A stretch of 64,000 nucleotides of DNA from Alphaproteobacteria bacterium (GTDB taxonomy: Bacteria > Pseudomonadota > Alphaproteobacteria > UBA828): assembly GCA_965220745.1 (NCBI GenBank), contig CBDCQT010000011.1, forward strand, positions 448,001-512,000, written 5' to 3'. Under the pieces are notes generated by a model. It did not search any database, was not told where the DNA came from, and worked only from the letters and a program-made list of their open reading frames with translations. Below, in pieces: positions 52,575 through 64,000 of the stretch. The position numbers and the translations under genes are program-made. The first letter of the stretch is position 1. Every line of letters begins with the position of its first letter.

Positions 52575-53787
52575 CGGCGTCGTCTGCGGGCAAGCGGACC
52601 GTGGCGACCGCCTGCGCGGCGATGCCTTCGCCGCGCCCGGTGAAGCCGAGGCGCTCGGTCGTGGTCGCCTTCAGGCTTATGCGCATGGGATCGATTCCGA
52701 GTACATGCGCAAGCTGTGCCAGCATGGTCTTGCGGTGCGGGCCGATCTTGGGCCGCTGGCAGATCACCGTGACATCCACGTGGCTGAGGCGGCCACCGCG
52801 CTCCGCCAGGAGCTTGAGCGCGTGGGCCACGAAGAGCGCGGACTCGGCGTCCCTCCACGCCTCGTCGGAGGGCGGGAAGTGGGTGCCGATATCACCCGCC
52901 GCTAGCGCCCCGAGCACTGCGTCGACGATGGCGTGGAGCACGACGTCGCCGTCGGAGTGGCTGATCACGCCCTGCGCGTGCGGCACCGCCATGCCGCCCA
53001 GCATGAGGTGGTCGCCGGGGCCGAAGCGGTGGACGTCGAAGCCCATCCCGACGCGGGTCTCCAGGGCCTGCGCGGCTGCGACGGCGCGGCCATCCTGCGC
53101 CGCGAGAATGCGCTCGGCGCGAGCGAAGTCCTGTTCGGTGGTGATCTTCAGGTTGTCCTCGTCGCCGGGGGTGAGGGCGACGGCAAGGCCGGCCTGCTCC
53201 GCCACCGCGGCATCGTCGGTTAGATCATCGCCCGCCGCGGCGCGGTGGGCGTCCAATATTGCGGGATAGCGGAAGCCCTGCGGGGTCTGGGCGCGCCAAA
53301 GGCCCTCGCGCGGCACCGCGCCCGCGATCACGGTGCTGCCGGGCGCCGCCTGCTTGAGGCTGTCGCTGACCGCCAGCGCGGGGAGGGCACCGTCGTGGCC
53401 TGCGAGCGCGTCGAGCGCCCCGTCGATCGCGGCGGCGGAGACCAGGGGACGCGCGCCGTCGTGGATCAACACCAGGTCGGGCGGCGATTCCGCGAGGCTT
53501 TCCAGTCCGTTACGCACCGAGTCCTGCCGCGTCTCGCCGCCGGCGACCGGTGCGAGCAGCGCAGCGTCTGCGGTATCGCCGCTTTCGCGCACTGCGTCGT
53601 CGTAGAGCGGCCGGTCGGCCAGATTGATCACTACCCTGACCCGGTCGATGCGTGGGTGGGTCGCGAAGCGCTGCACGCTGTGGCCGAGCACCGCGCGCCC
53701 GGCGAGTGCGCGGTACTGCTTGGGCAGCGGGCCGCCGACCCGGTGGCCGCGCCCGGCGGCGACGATCAGGGCGGCGGCGGTGACCAT
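52564..53787 (-). CDS. ispDF: Bifunctional IspD/IspF (MEP pathway)
   Basis: VAAGRG.R.GG..PKQY, IHDGARP, QTPQGF, NLKITT, G.G.DVH.F, HSDGDV..HA, DIG.HFPP, KATTTE.LGF.GR.EG. Confidence 0.95.
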   Translation of the reverse strand: MVTAAALIVAAGRGHRVGGPLPKQYRALAGRAVLGHSVQRFATHPRIDRVRVVINLADRPLYDDAVRESGDTADAALLAPVAGGETRQDSVRNGLESLAESPPDLVLIHDGARPLVSAAAIDGALDALAGHDGALPALAVSDSLKQAAPGSTVIAGAVPREGLWRAQTPQGFRYPAILDAHRAAAGDDLTDDAAVAEQAGLAVALTPGDEDNLKITTEQDFARAERILAAQDGRAVAAAQALETRVGMGFDVHRFGPGDHLMLGGMAVPHAQGVISHSDGDVVLHAIVDAVLGALAAGDIGTHFPPSDEAWRDAESALFVAHALKLLAERGGRLSHVDVTVICQRPKIGPHRKTMLAQLAHVLGIDPMRISLKATTTERLGFTGRGEGIAAQAVATVRLPADDADDR

Positions 53788-53833
53788 GATGGATCCGTGG
53801 CGCGGGTGGTGGCGTTCCGCTCTCCCACTCGAT

Positions 53834-53909
53834 TGGTGCCGGCGGCAGGACTCGAACCCGCAACCCCTTGATTACAAATCAAGTGCTCTACCAGTTGAGC
53901 TACGCCGGC
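53834..53909 (-). tRNA. tRNA-Thr(TGT)
   Basis: Reverse complement GCCGGCGTAGCTCAACTGGTAGAGC...CTTGA TTTGTAA TCAAG...GTTCGAGTCC...GGCACCA; TTGACA upstream on the minus strand. Confidence 0.95.
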
Positions 53910-53990
53910 CAATGGGCCGCTGCAGGCGCGCGCGATCACGGACGGCCCGCTTTCAAGCGCGCCCTGCGGGCGGTGTCAAGCGCGCTGCGC

Positions 53991-54827
53991 TCATCGCCGC
54001 GAAACCTCGTAGAGCGCGATGGCGGCGGCGTTGGAAACGTTGAGGCTCGTCATCGAACCCGGCATGGGGATGCTCGCGGTTGAATCGCAGCGCTCGCGGG
54101 TGAGCCTTCGCATGCCCTGGCCTTCGGCGCCCAGCACGAGCGCGAGCGGCGCCTTCACGCTGACGGCCCCGAGCGGCTCGGGCGCCTCCGGGTCGAGGCC
54201 AAGGCACCAGAAACCCAGCTCTTTCAACACGATGAGGGCACGCGCGATGTTGACCACGCGGGCGAGCGGCACTGTCTCCAGCGCGCCCGAGGCGGCCTTG
54301 GCCAGCGCGCCGGCGCCCTGCGGCGAATGGCGGTCCTGCATCACCACGGCACCCACCGCGAAGGCCGCTGCCGAGCGCAGGATCGCGCCCACGTTGTGTG
54401 GATCGGTCACCTGGTCGAGCACGACGACGGTTCGTGCGCCGCCCTCCCCCTGCGCCACGCCGCGGCAGGCAGAGGCGAGGTCGACCGCCGGCAGCGGCGC
54501 GGTCTCCAGCACGATGCCCTGGTGCACGGCGCCGTCCGGCAGCAGGGCGGCGATATCCTGGCGGGAGACGATCTGCGGTGCATCGAGTAGGGCGCGGGCG
54601 GCAAGCGGCAGTGCGCGCGCGTCAGCGCGCTCGGTGAGCTGCGCTGCGCCTTCTTCCGTCGCGATCAGCCGGTGGCAGCGGCGGCTCGGATTGGCGAGCG
54701 CGGCGGCCACCGCATGGGCGCCGTAGAGCCGCTCACGGCGGGGTCGCGCCTGGGCGCGCTGCTCCTGATGCGTACGCCGACGCCCGGTCCCGCGCTCGCG
54801 CGGGCGGCGAGAACTGTTGCGTGCCAT
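53991..54827 (-). CDS. rlmB: 23S rRNA Gm2251 methyltransferase (SPOUT)
   Basis: LYG.HAV.AAL.NP, HQG, LDQVTDPHNVGAILRSA, LGAEG.G.R, SLNVSNA. Confidence 0.92.
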   Translation of the reverse strand: MARNSSRRPRERGTGRRRTHQEQRAQARPRRERLYGAHAVAAALANPSRRCHRLIATEEGAAQLTERADARALPLAARALLDAPQIVSRQDIAALLPDGAVHQGIVLETAPLPAVDLASACRGVAQGEGGARTVVVLDQVTDPHNVGAILRSAAAFAVGAVVMQDRHSPQGAGALAKAASGALETVPLARVVNIARALIVLKELGFWCLGLDPEAPEPLGAVSVKAPLALVLGAEGQGMRRLTRERCDSTASIPMPGSMTSLNVSNAAAIALYEVSRR

Positions 54828-54958
54828 GACGCACCCTATTATAAGACTTCCATCCCTTTTGCGAGACGCCCCGGCACACGGGCCGCCCGGCGCGCGCTGA
54901 CGCCGCAGCCGCGGCGGTCAATGGCGCGGTGGGCCGTCACGGAGAGCTCCTTTGGGCG

Positions 54959-54986
54959 TTGACAATCGACCGCGGATGTCCATAGT
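54959..54986 (+). promoter_or_regulatory. Putative promoter of tRNA-Tyr/Gly-tuf
   Basis: TTGACA, 16 bp, CATAGT, followed by a GC-rich discriminator. Confidence 0.5.
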
Positions 54987-55023
54987 GCGCCCTTCCGAGT
55001 CCCGGGCGCGTCCACCTCGGCGC

Positions 55024-55109
55024 GGAGGGGTGGCCGAGTGGTTAAAGGCAGCAGACTGTAAATCTGCCGACGTATGTCTACGTAGGTTCGAATCCTACCC
55101 CCTCCACCA
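55024..55109 (+). tRNA. tRNA-Tyr(GTA)
   Basis: GGAGGGG..., anticodon arm GCAGA CTGTAAA TCTGC, long variable arm, ends CCA. Confidence 0.95.
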
Positions 55110-55162
55110 CACGGGTGCAGCACGTGCACGCGGGCTGCAGGGCGCGGGGGACTTGAGATCGA

Positions 55163-55236
55163 GCGGGTGTAGCTCAATGGTAGAGCCCCAGCCTTCCAAG
55201 CTGGTTACGTGGGTTCGATTCCCATCACCCGCTCCA
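55163..55236 (+). tRNA. tRNA-Gly(TCC)
   Basis: GCGGGTGTAGCTCAATGGTAGAGC, CCAGC CTTCCAA GCTGG, ends CCA. Confidence 0.95.
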
Positions 55237-55327
55237 GAGTATTCGGCCGACACCGCAACAGCGGTGCGCGGCTTGTGACGTCCTTTTAACTGCCGCGAAG
55301 ACGTGGCAGACGGGGAATAGAGCACCG

Positions 55328-56518
55328 ATGGCCAAGGAGAAGTTTGAGCGTACGAAGCCGCACTGCAACGTTGGCACGATTGGCCACGTTGACCATGGCA
55401 AGACGACGCTGACGGCGGCGATCACGAAGGTTCTGGGCGAGGCGGGCGGCGCGGAGTTCGTGTCGTTCGACGAGATCGACAAGGCGCCGGAGGAGCGCGA
55501 ACGCGGGATCACGATCGCGACGGCGCACGTCGAGTACGAGACGTCGAACCGGCACTACGCGCACGTCGATTGCCCGGGTCATGCGGACTACGTGAAGAAC
55601 ATGATCACGGGTGCCGCGCAGATGGACGGCGCGATCCTGGTGGTCTCTGCGGCGGACGGCCCGATGCCGCAGACGCGGGAGCACATCTTGCTCGCGCGTC
55701 AGGTGGGCGTGCCTGCGCTTGTCGTCTACATGAACAAGGTGGACATGGTCGACGACGAGGAGATTCTGGAGCTTGTCGAGCTTGAGGTTCGGGAGCTGTT
55801 GTCCGCGTACGAGTTTCCGGGCGACGACATTCCAGTGATCCGGGGTTCTGCGCTTGCGGCGCTTGAGGGTGGCGACGCGGCGACGGGTCGAGACTCGGTC
55901 CTGGAGCTGATGGCGGCGGTTGACGACTACGTTCCGCAGCCTGAGCGTCCGAAGGACCAGCCGTTCCTGATGCCGATCGAGGACGTGTTCTCGATTTCGG
56001 GTCGTGGGACGGTTGTGACGGGCCGGATCGAGCGCGGTGTGGTGAAGGTGGGCGACGACGTGGGGATCATCGGGATCCGGGAAACGACGAAGACGGTTTG
56101 CACGGGCGTCGAGATGTTCCGCAAGCTCTTGGATCAGGGCGAGGCGGGTGACAACGTGGGCGTCCTGCTTCGTGGGACGAAGCGCGACGAGGTCGAGCGC
56201 GGCCAGGTGTTGGCGGAGCCGGGGACGATCACGCCGCACACGCGTTTCGAGGCGGAGACGTACATCCTGACGAAGGACGAGGGCGGGCGTCACACGCCGT
56301 TTTTCTCGAACTACCGTCCGCAGTTCTACTTTCGGACGACGGACGTTACGGGGACGATTGGTTTGCCGGACGGGACCGAGATGGTGATGCCCGGCGACAA
56401 CGTGACGATGCAGGTTGATCTGATAGCGCCGATTGCGATGGACGAGGGCTTGCGCTTCGCCATCCGCGAGGGCGGGCGCACCGTCGGCGCCGGCGTCGTC
56501 GCAAAAATCGTCGAGTAG
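55328..56518 (+). CDS. tuf: Elongation factor Tu
   Basis: [40 protein letters not shown]. Confidence 0.99.
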   Translation: MAKEKFERTKPHCNVGTIGHVDHGKTTLTAAITKVLGEAGGAEFVSFDEIDKAPEERERGITIATAHVEYETSNRHYAHVDCPGHADYVKNMITGAAQMDGAILVVSAADGPMPQTREHILLARQVGVPALVVYMNKVDMVDDEEILELVELEVRELLSAYEFPGDDIPVIRGSALAALEGGDAATGRDSVLELMAAVDDYVPQPERPKDQPFLMPIEDVFSISGRGTVVTGRIERGVVKVGDDVGIIGIRETTKTVCTGVEMFRKLLDQGEAGDNVGVLLRGTKRDEVERGQVLAEPGTITPHTRFEAETYILTKDEGGRHTPFFSNYRPQFYFRTTDVTGTIGLPDGTEMVMPGDNVTMQVDLIAPIAMDEGLRFAIREGGRTVGAGVVAKIVE

Positions 56519-56552
56519 AGCGCGGCCTCCCGCCGCGGCACGCAGACAGAAT

Positions 56553-56628
56553 AGGAGTGTAGCTCAATTGGTAGAGCGCCGGTCTCCAAAACCGGAGGTT
56601 GGGGGTTCGAGACCCTCCACTCCTGCCA
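56553..56628 (+). tRNA. tRNA-Trp(CCA)
   Basis: AGGAGTGTAGCTCAATTGGTAGAGC, CCGGT CTCCAAA ACCGG, ends CCA; canonical position before secE. Confidence 0.95.
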
Positions 56629-56656
56629 CCTGCGCGGGTAGGGGCGCGTGCTGACC

Positions 56657-56854
56657 ATGGCTCGCACGCCGCCTCTCGAGTTTCTGCGTCAGGCCCGCCA
56701 GGAGATCGGCAAGGTCACGTGGCCAACGCGCAAGGAGACCACCATCAGCACCATCATGGTGCTGATCATGGTGATCATCATGGCGGTCTTCTTCTTCCTG
56801 GTGGATCAGGTGCTCTCCATCGGGGTGCGGGCGATCCTGGGGCTCGGCGGATGA
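56657..56854 (+). CDS. secE: Preprotein translocase SecE
   Basis: F..Q.R.E..KVTWPTRKET followed by a single TM helix. Confidence 0.93.
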   Translation: MARTPPLEFLRQARQEIGKVTWPTRKETTISTIMVLIMVIIMAVFFFLVDQVLSIGVRAILGLGG

Positions 56855-57429
56855 CGGACATGTCGGCGGCAGGCACGCACATGGCAGACGATCAGGGGCC
56901 GGCGCGGCGCTGGTACATCGTCCACGTCTATTCCGGCTTTGAGAAGAAGGTAGCGCAGTCGATCCGCGAGCAGGCCAGGCAGCAGGGGCTCGATCACCTG
57001 ATCGCCGACGTCATGGTGCCCTCGGAAGAGGTCGTCGAGATGCGCCGCGGCGCCAAGGTCAAGTCGGAGCGCAAGTTCTTCCCCGGCTACGTGCTGGCGC
57101 ACATCAGCATGACCGACGAGACCTGGCACCTGATCAACAACACGCCGAAGGTGACCGGATTCCTCGGTAGTGGCGGCAAGCCGGTGCCGATCAGCGACGA
57201 CGAGGCGGACCGCGTGCTGAAGCAGGTCAAGGAAGGTGTCGAGCGGCCGAAGCCCTCGGTCATCTTCGAGATCGGTGAGACCGTGCGGGTCTGCGACGGC
57301 CCCTTCACCTCGTTCAGCGGGCTGGTGGAGGAGATCGACGAGGAGCGGGCGCGCCTCAAGGTTGCGGTATCGATTTTCGGCCGGGCGACCCCGGTCGAGC
57401 TGGAATACGCGCAGGTCGAGAAGGCCTGA
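56851..57429 (+). CDS. nusG: Transcription factor NusG
   Basis: RWYIVHVYSGFEKKV, FFPGYVL, KOW DGPF..F.G, VSIFGRATPVEL; start at 56851 (ATGA overlap) or 56881. Confidence 0.96.
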   Translation: MTDMSAAGTHMADDQGPARRWYIVHVYSGFEKKVAQSIREQARQQGLDHLIADVMVPSEEVVEMRRGAKVKSERKFFPGYVLAHISMTDETWHLINNTPKVTGFLGSGGKPVPISDDEADRVLKQVKEGVERPKPSVIFEIGETVRVCDGPFTSFSGLVEEIDEERARLKVAVSIFGRATPVELEYAQVEKA

Positions 57430-57447
57430 AGGTAAGGCGGGAGTAAC

Positions 57448-57879
57448 ATGGCCAAGAGAGTCACAGGGACGATCAAGCTGCAGGTGCCGGCGGGGCAAGC
57501 CAACCCGTCGCCGCCGATCGGCCCGGCGCTGGGTCAGGCAGGGCTCAACATCATGGAGTTCTGCAAGACCTTCAACGCGCAGACCCAGAATCTCGAGCAG
57601 GGGATGCCGATCCCGACCGTGATCTCGGTCTATCACGACCGGACCTTCTCGTTCGTGACCAAGAGCCCGCCGGCCAGCTTCTTCCTCAAGAAGGCGGCGG
57701 GCATCGAAAAGGGCTCCGAGACGGTCGGCCGGATCGACCCGGTGGGCCAGGTGACGCGCGCGCAGGTGCGCGAGATCGCGGAAAAGAAGATGGCGGACCT
57801 CAACGCCGACGACATGGATGCGGCCTGCCGCATCATCGAAGGCTCGGCGCGGTCCATCGGCATCCAGGTGGTGGGTTAG
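57448..57879 (+). CDS. rplK: 50S ribosomal protein L11
   Basis: [33 protein letters not shown]. Confidence 0.98.
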   Translation: MAKRVTGTIKLQVPAGQANPSPPIGPALGQAGLNIMEFCKTFNAQTQNLEQGMPIPTVISVYHDRTFSFVTKSPPASFFLKKAAGIEKGSETVGRIDPVGQVTRAQVREIAEKKMADLNADDMDAACRIIEGSARSIGIQVVG

Positions 57880-57884
57880 CGGCG

Positions 57885-58595
57885 ATGACAAAGATCGGAA
57901 AGAGGCTGCGGCAGGCCAAGGAGCAGGTCGACCGCGAGAGGACTTATGCTCTGGGCGAGGCGATCACGCTGGTGAAGCAGGGTGCGCAGGCGAAGTTCGA
58001 CGAGACCGTCGAAATGAGCGTCGGCCTCGGCGTCGACCCGCGCCATGCGGACCAGATGGTGCGGGGCGTCGTGGCGCTCCCTCACGGCACCGGCAAGTCG
58101 GTGCGCGTCGCGGTCTTCGCCAAGGGCGATAAGGCCGAGGCCGCGCGCGAGGCGGGTGCCGACTTGGTCGGCGACGACGACCTCGCGGCCGAGGTCCAAG
58201 GCGGCAAAATTGAATTTGACCGCTGCATTGCGACGCCCGACATGATGCCGGTGGTCGGTAAGCTCGGTCGCATTCTGGGCCCGCGCGGGCTCATGCCGAA
58301 CCCCAAGCTCGGCACGGTGACGCCCGATGTGGTCGAGGCCGTCCAGGCGGCCAAGGGCGGTCAGGTCGAGTTCCGGGTGGAGAAAGCGGGAATCGTCCAC
58401 GCCGGCATCGGCAAGGCGAGCTTCGAGGAGAAGGCGCTGGCCGAGAATGCCCGCGCGCTGGTGGACGCGCTCAACCGCGCGAAGCCGAGCGGCGCCAAGG
58501 GAACCTACATGAAACGGGCGGCGCTCAGCTCCTCGCAGGGGCCGGGCGTGAAGCTCGACGTTGCCGCCCTGCAGGCGGAGATAGCGGCATCGTGA
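57885..58595 (+). CDS. rplA: 50S ribosomal protein L1
   Basis: [37 protein letters not shown]. Confidence 0.98.
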   Translation: MTKIGKRLRQAKEQVDRERTYALGEAITLVKQGAQAKFDETVEMSVGLGVDPRHADQMVRGVVALPHGTGKSVRVAVFAKGDKAEAAREAGADLVGDDDLAAEVQGGKIEFDRCIATPDMMPVVGKLGRILGPRGLMPNPKLGTVTPDVVEAVQAAKGGQVEFRVEKAGIVHAGIGKASFEEKALAENARALVDALNRAKPSGAKGTYMKRAALSSSQGPGVKLDVAALQAEIAAS

Positions 58596-58655
58596 CAGGC
58601 GGCGTGAGCGGCGGGCGTCTGCGCCTCGTGTCTGCCGGATAAGCCGGAGGAAGTC

Positions 58656-59198
58656 GTGGAACGGCTCAAGAAGGAAGAGATCGTCGAAGCCCTGCGCGGC
58701 ATCTTCGAGAGCACGAATCTCGTCGTCGTGACGCAGTTCAGCGGGCTCTCGGTGGCGGAGGCCTCCGACCTGCGGCGCCAGATGCGCGCGGCCGGCGCCA
58801 CCTTCCGTGTCACCAAGAACCGGCTCGCGAAGCGCGCGGTCGAAGGCACGACCTTCGCCCCGCTTGCGGACCTCTTCGCGGGCTCCAGCGCGATCGCCTA
58901 TTCGGACGACCCGGTGGCCGCAGCGAAGGTCGCGGTGGCCTACGCCAAGGAGAACGACAAGCTGATCATAGTGGGCGGCGCCCTCGGCGGCGCTGCGCTC
59001 GACAAGGGCGATGTGCGCTCGCTCGCCGAGTTGCCTTCGCTCGATACCCTGCGCGCCCAGCTGATCGGCGTCCTGAATGCACCGGCGACCAAGATCGCCG
59101 CCGTGCTGAGCGCGCCGGCAAGCCAGCTCGCGCGCGTCCTCAACGCCTACTCGGAACAAGGAGACACCGCTAGCAAGAGCGAACCATCCGGCGACTGA
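58656..59198 (+). CDS. rplJ: 50S ribosomal protein L10
   Basis: GLSVAE..DLRR.MR, V.KNRLAK.A, LA.LPSLD.LRAQL.G...APA.K. Confidence 0.96.
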   Translation: MERLKKEEIVEALRGIFESTNLVVVTQFSGLSVAEASDLRRQMRAAGATFRVTKNRLAKRAVEGTTFAPLADLFAGSSAIAYSDDPVAAAKVAVAYAKENDKLIIVGGALGGAALDKGDVRSLAELPSLDTLRAQLIGVLNAPATKIAAVLSAPASQLARVLNAYSEQGDTASKSEPSGD

Positions 59199-59246
59199 TC
59201 GCCAACGCACACCAAGAAAAGCCCAAGCCCCCAGGAGACCAACGAC

Positions 59247-59624
59247 ATGGCTGATCTGGCCAAAATTGCAGACGAGCTTTCGACCCTGACGGTGATCGAG
59301 GCCTCCGAGTTGAGCAAGATGCTCGAAGAGAGGTGGGGGGTCTCCGCGGCCGCCCCCGTTGCCGTCGCCGCCGCCCCCGGTGCCGCGCCAGCGGCCGAGG
59401 AGGCCGAAGAGCAGACCGAATTCACCGTGGTGCTTACCTCCTTTGGCGAGAAGAAGATCAACGTGATCAAGGAGGTCCGCGCGATCACCAGCCTCGGCCT
59501 GAAGGAGGCCAAGGCGCTGGTCGAGGGCGTACCGAACGCGGTCAAGGAAGACGTGTCGAAGGACGACGCGGCAAAGATAAAGGAGCAGCTCGAAGCTGCA
59601 GGCGCGACCGTCGAGGTCAAGTAG
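59247..59624 (+). CDS. rplL: 50S ribosomal protein L7/L12
   Basis: LS.LTV.EA.EL...[33 protein letters not shown]. Confidence 0.98.
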   Translation: MADLAKIADELSTLTVIEASELSKMLEERWGVSAAAPVAVAAAPGAAPAAEEAEEQTEFTVVLTSFGEKKINVIKEVRAITSLGLKEAKALVEGVPNAVKEDVSKDDAAKIKEQLEAAGATVEVK

Positions 59625-59822
59625 AGACGATTGGCTATCGCCGGCGCACGCCCGGTCACGTGCCGGGTAGCACCGGCCCCGCCGTCGCGCCGTGGCGCGG
59701 GCGGGCACGATCACGCGCGGCCACGGCTGCGCGGCGTGTGCCGCCGCACCGCACGTAAAGACTAACCCACGGCCCGCCGCGGCACTCAAGCCGCGGCCGG
59801 GGCCGAGAGTCCGAGGGGTACC

Positions 59823-64000
<4,178 letters not shown>

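Overview
GC-rich alphaproteobacterial chromosome segment. MucR/Ros, the miaB-phoH-ybeY-corC-lnt operon, ispDF-pgpA-cinA and the rlmB-tRNA-tuf-secE-nusG-rplKAJL-rpoB order are all alphaproteobacterial signatures. Housekeeping blocks: a detached rpsM-rpsK-rpoA-rplQ unit, xseB-ispA-tlyA, queG, five tRNAs, tuf, and rpoB running off the right edge. These alternate with catabolic modules: glutaryl-CoA dehydrogenase with otnK/otnC, tartrate dehydrogenase, tandem amidases, a DinJ-YafQ toxin-antitoxin pair, a histamine/TMA-dehydrogenase-like flavoenzyme, a GntR-regulated unit (ABC importer + hydantoinase/oxoprolinase AB + Xaa-Pro peptidase + putA), and a unit with CoA-ligase, thiolase-like/DUF35, LLM monooxygenase and hydroquinone dioxygenase. 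Most notable: (1) an in-frame ~71-aa insertion with a bacterial SH3-like pattern inside RpoB, next to the gate-loop region; (2) a cluster whose content fits catabolism of proline-containing cyclic dipeptides or lactams; (3) a possible new upper pathway feeding hydroquinone ring cleavage; (4) a 10-bp-periodic TCCC array between convergent genes; (5) a GDSL-esterase autotransporter split by an exact 7-bp duplication; (6) many normally linked operon partners missing. All calls come from reading motifs and from recalled family features; no database search was run.
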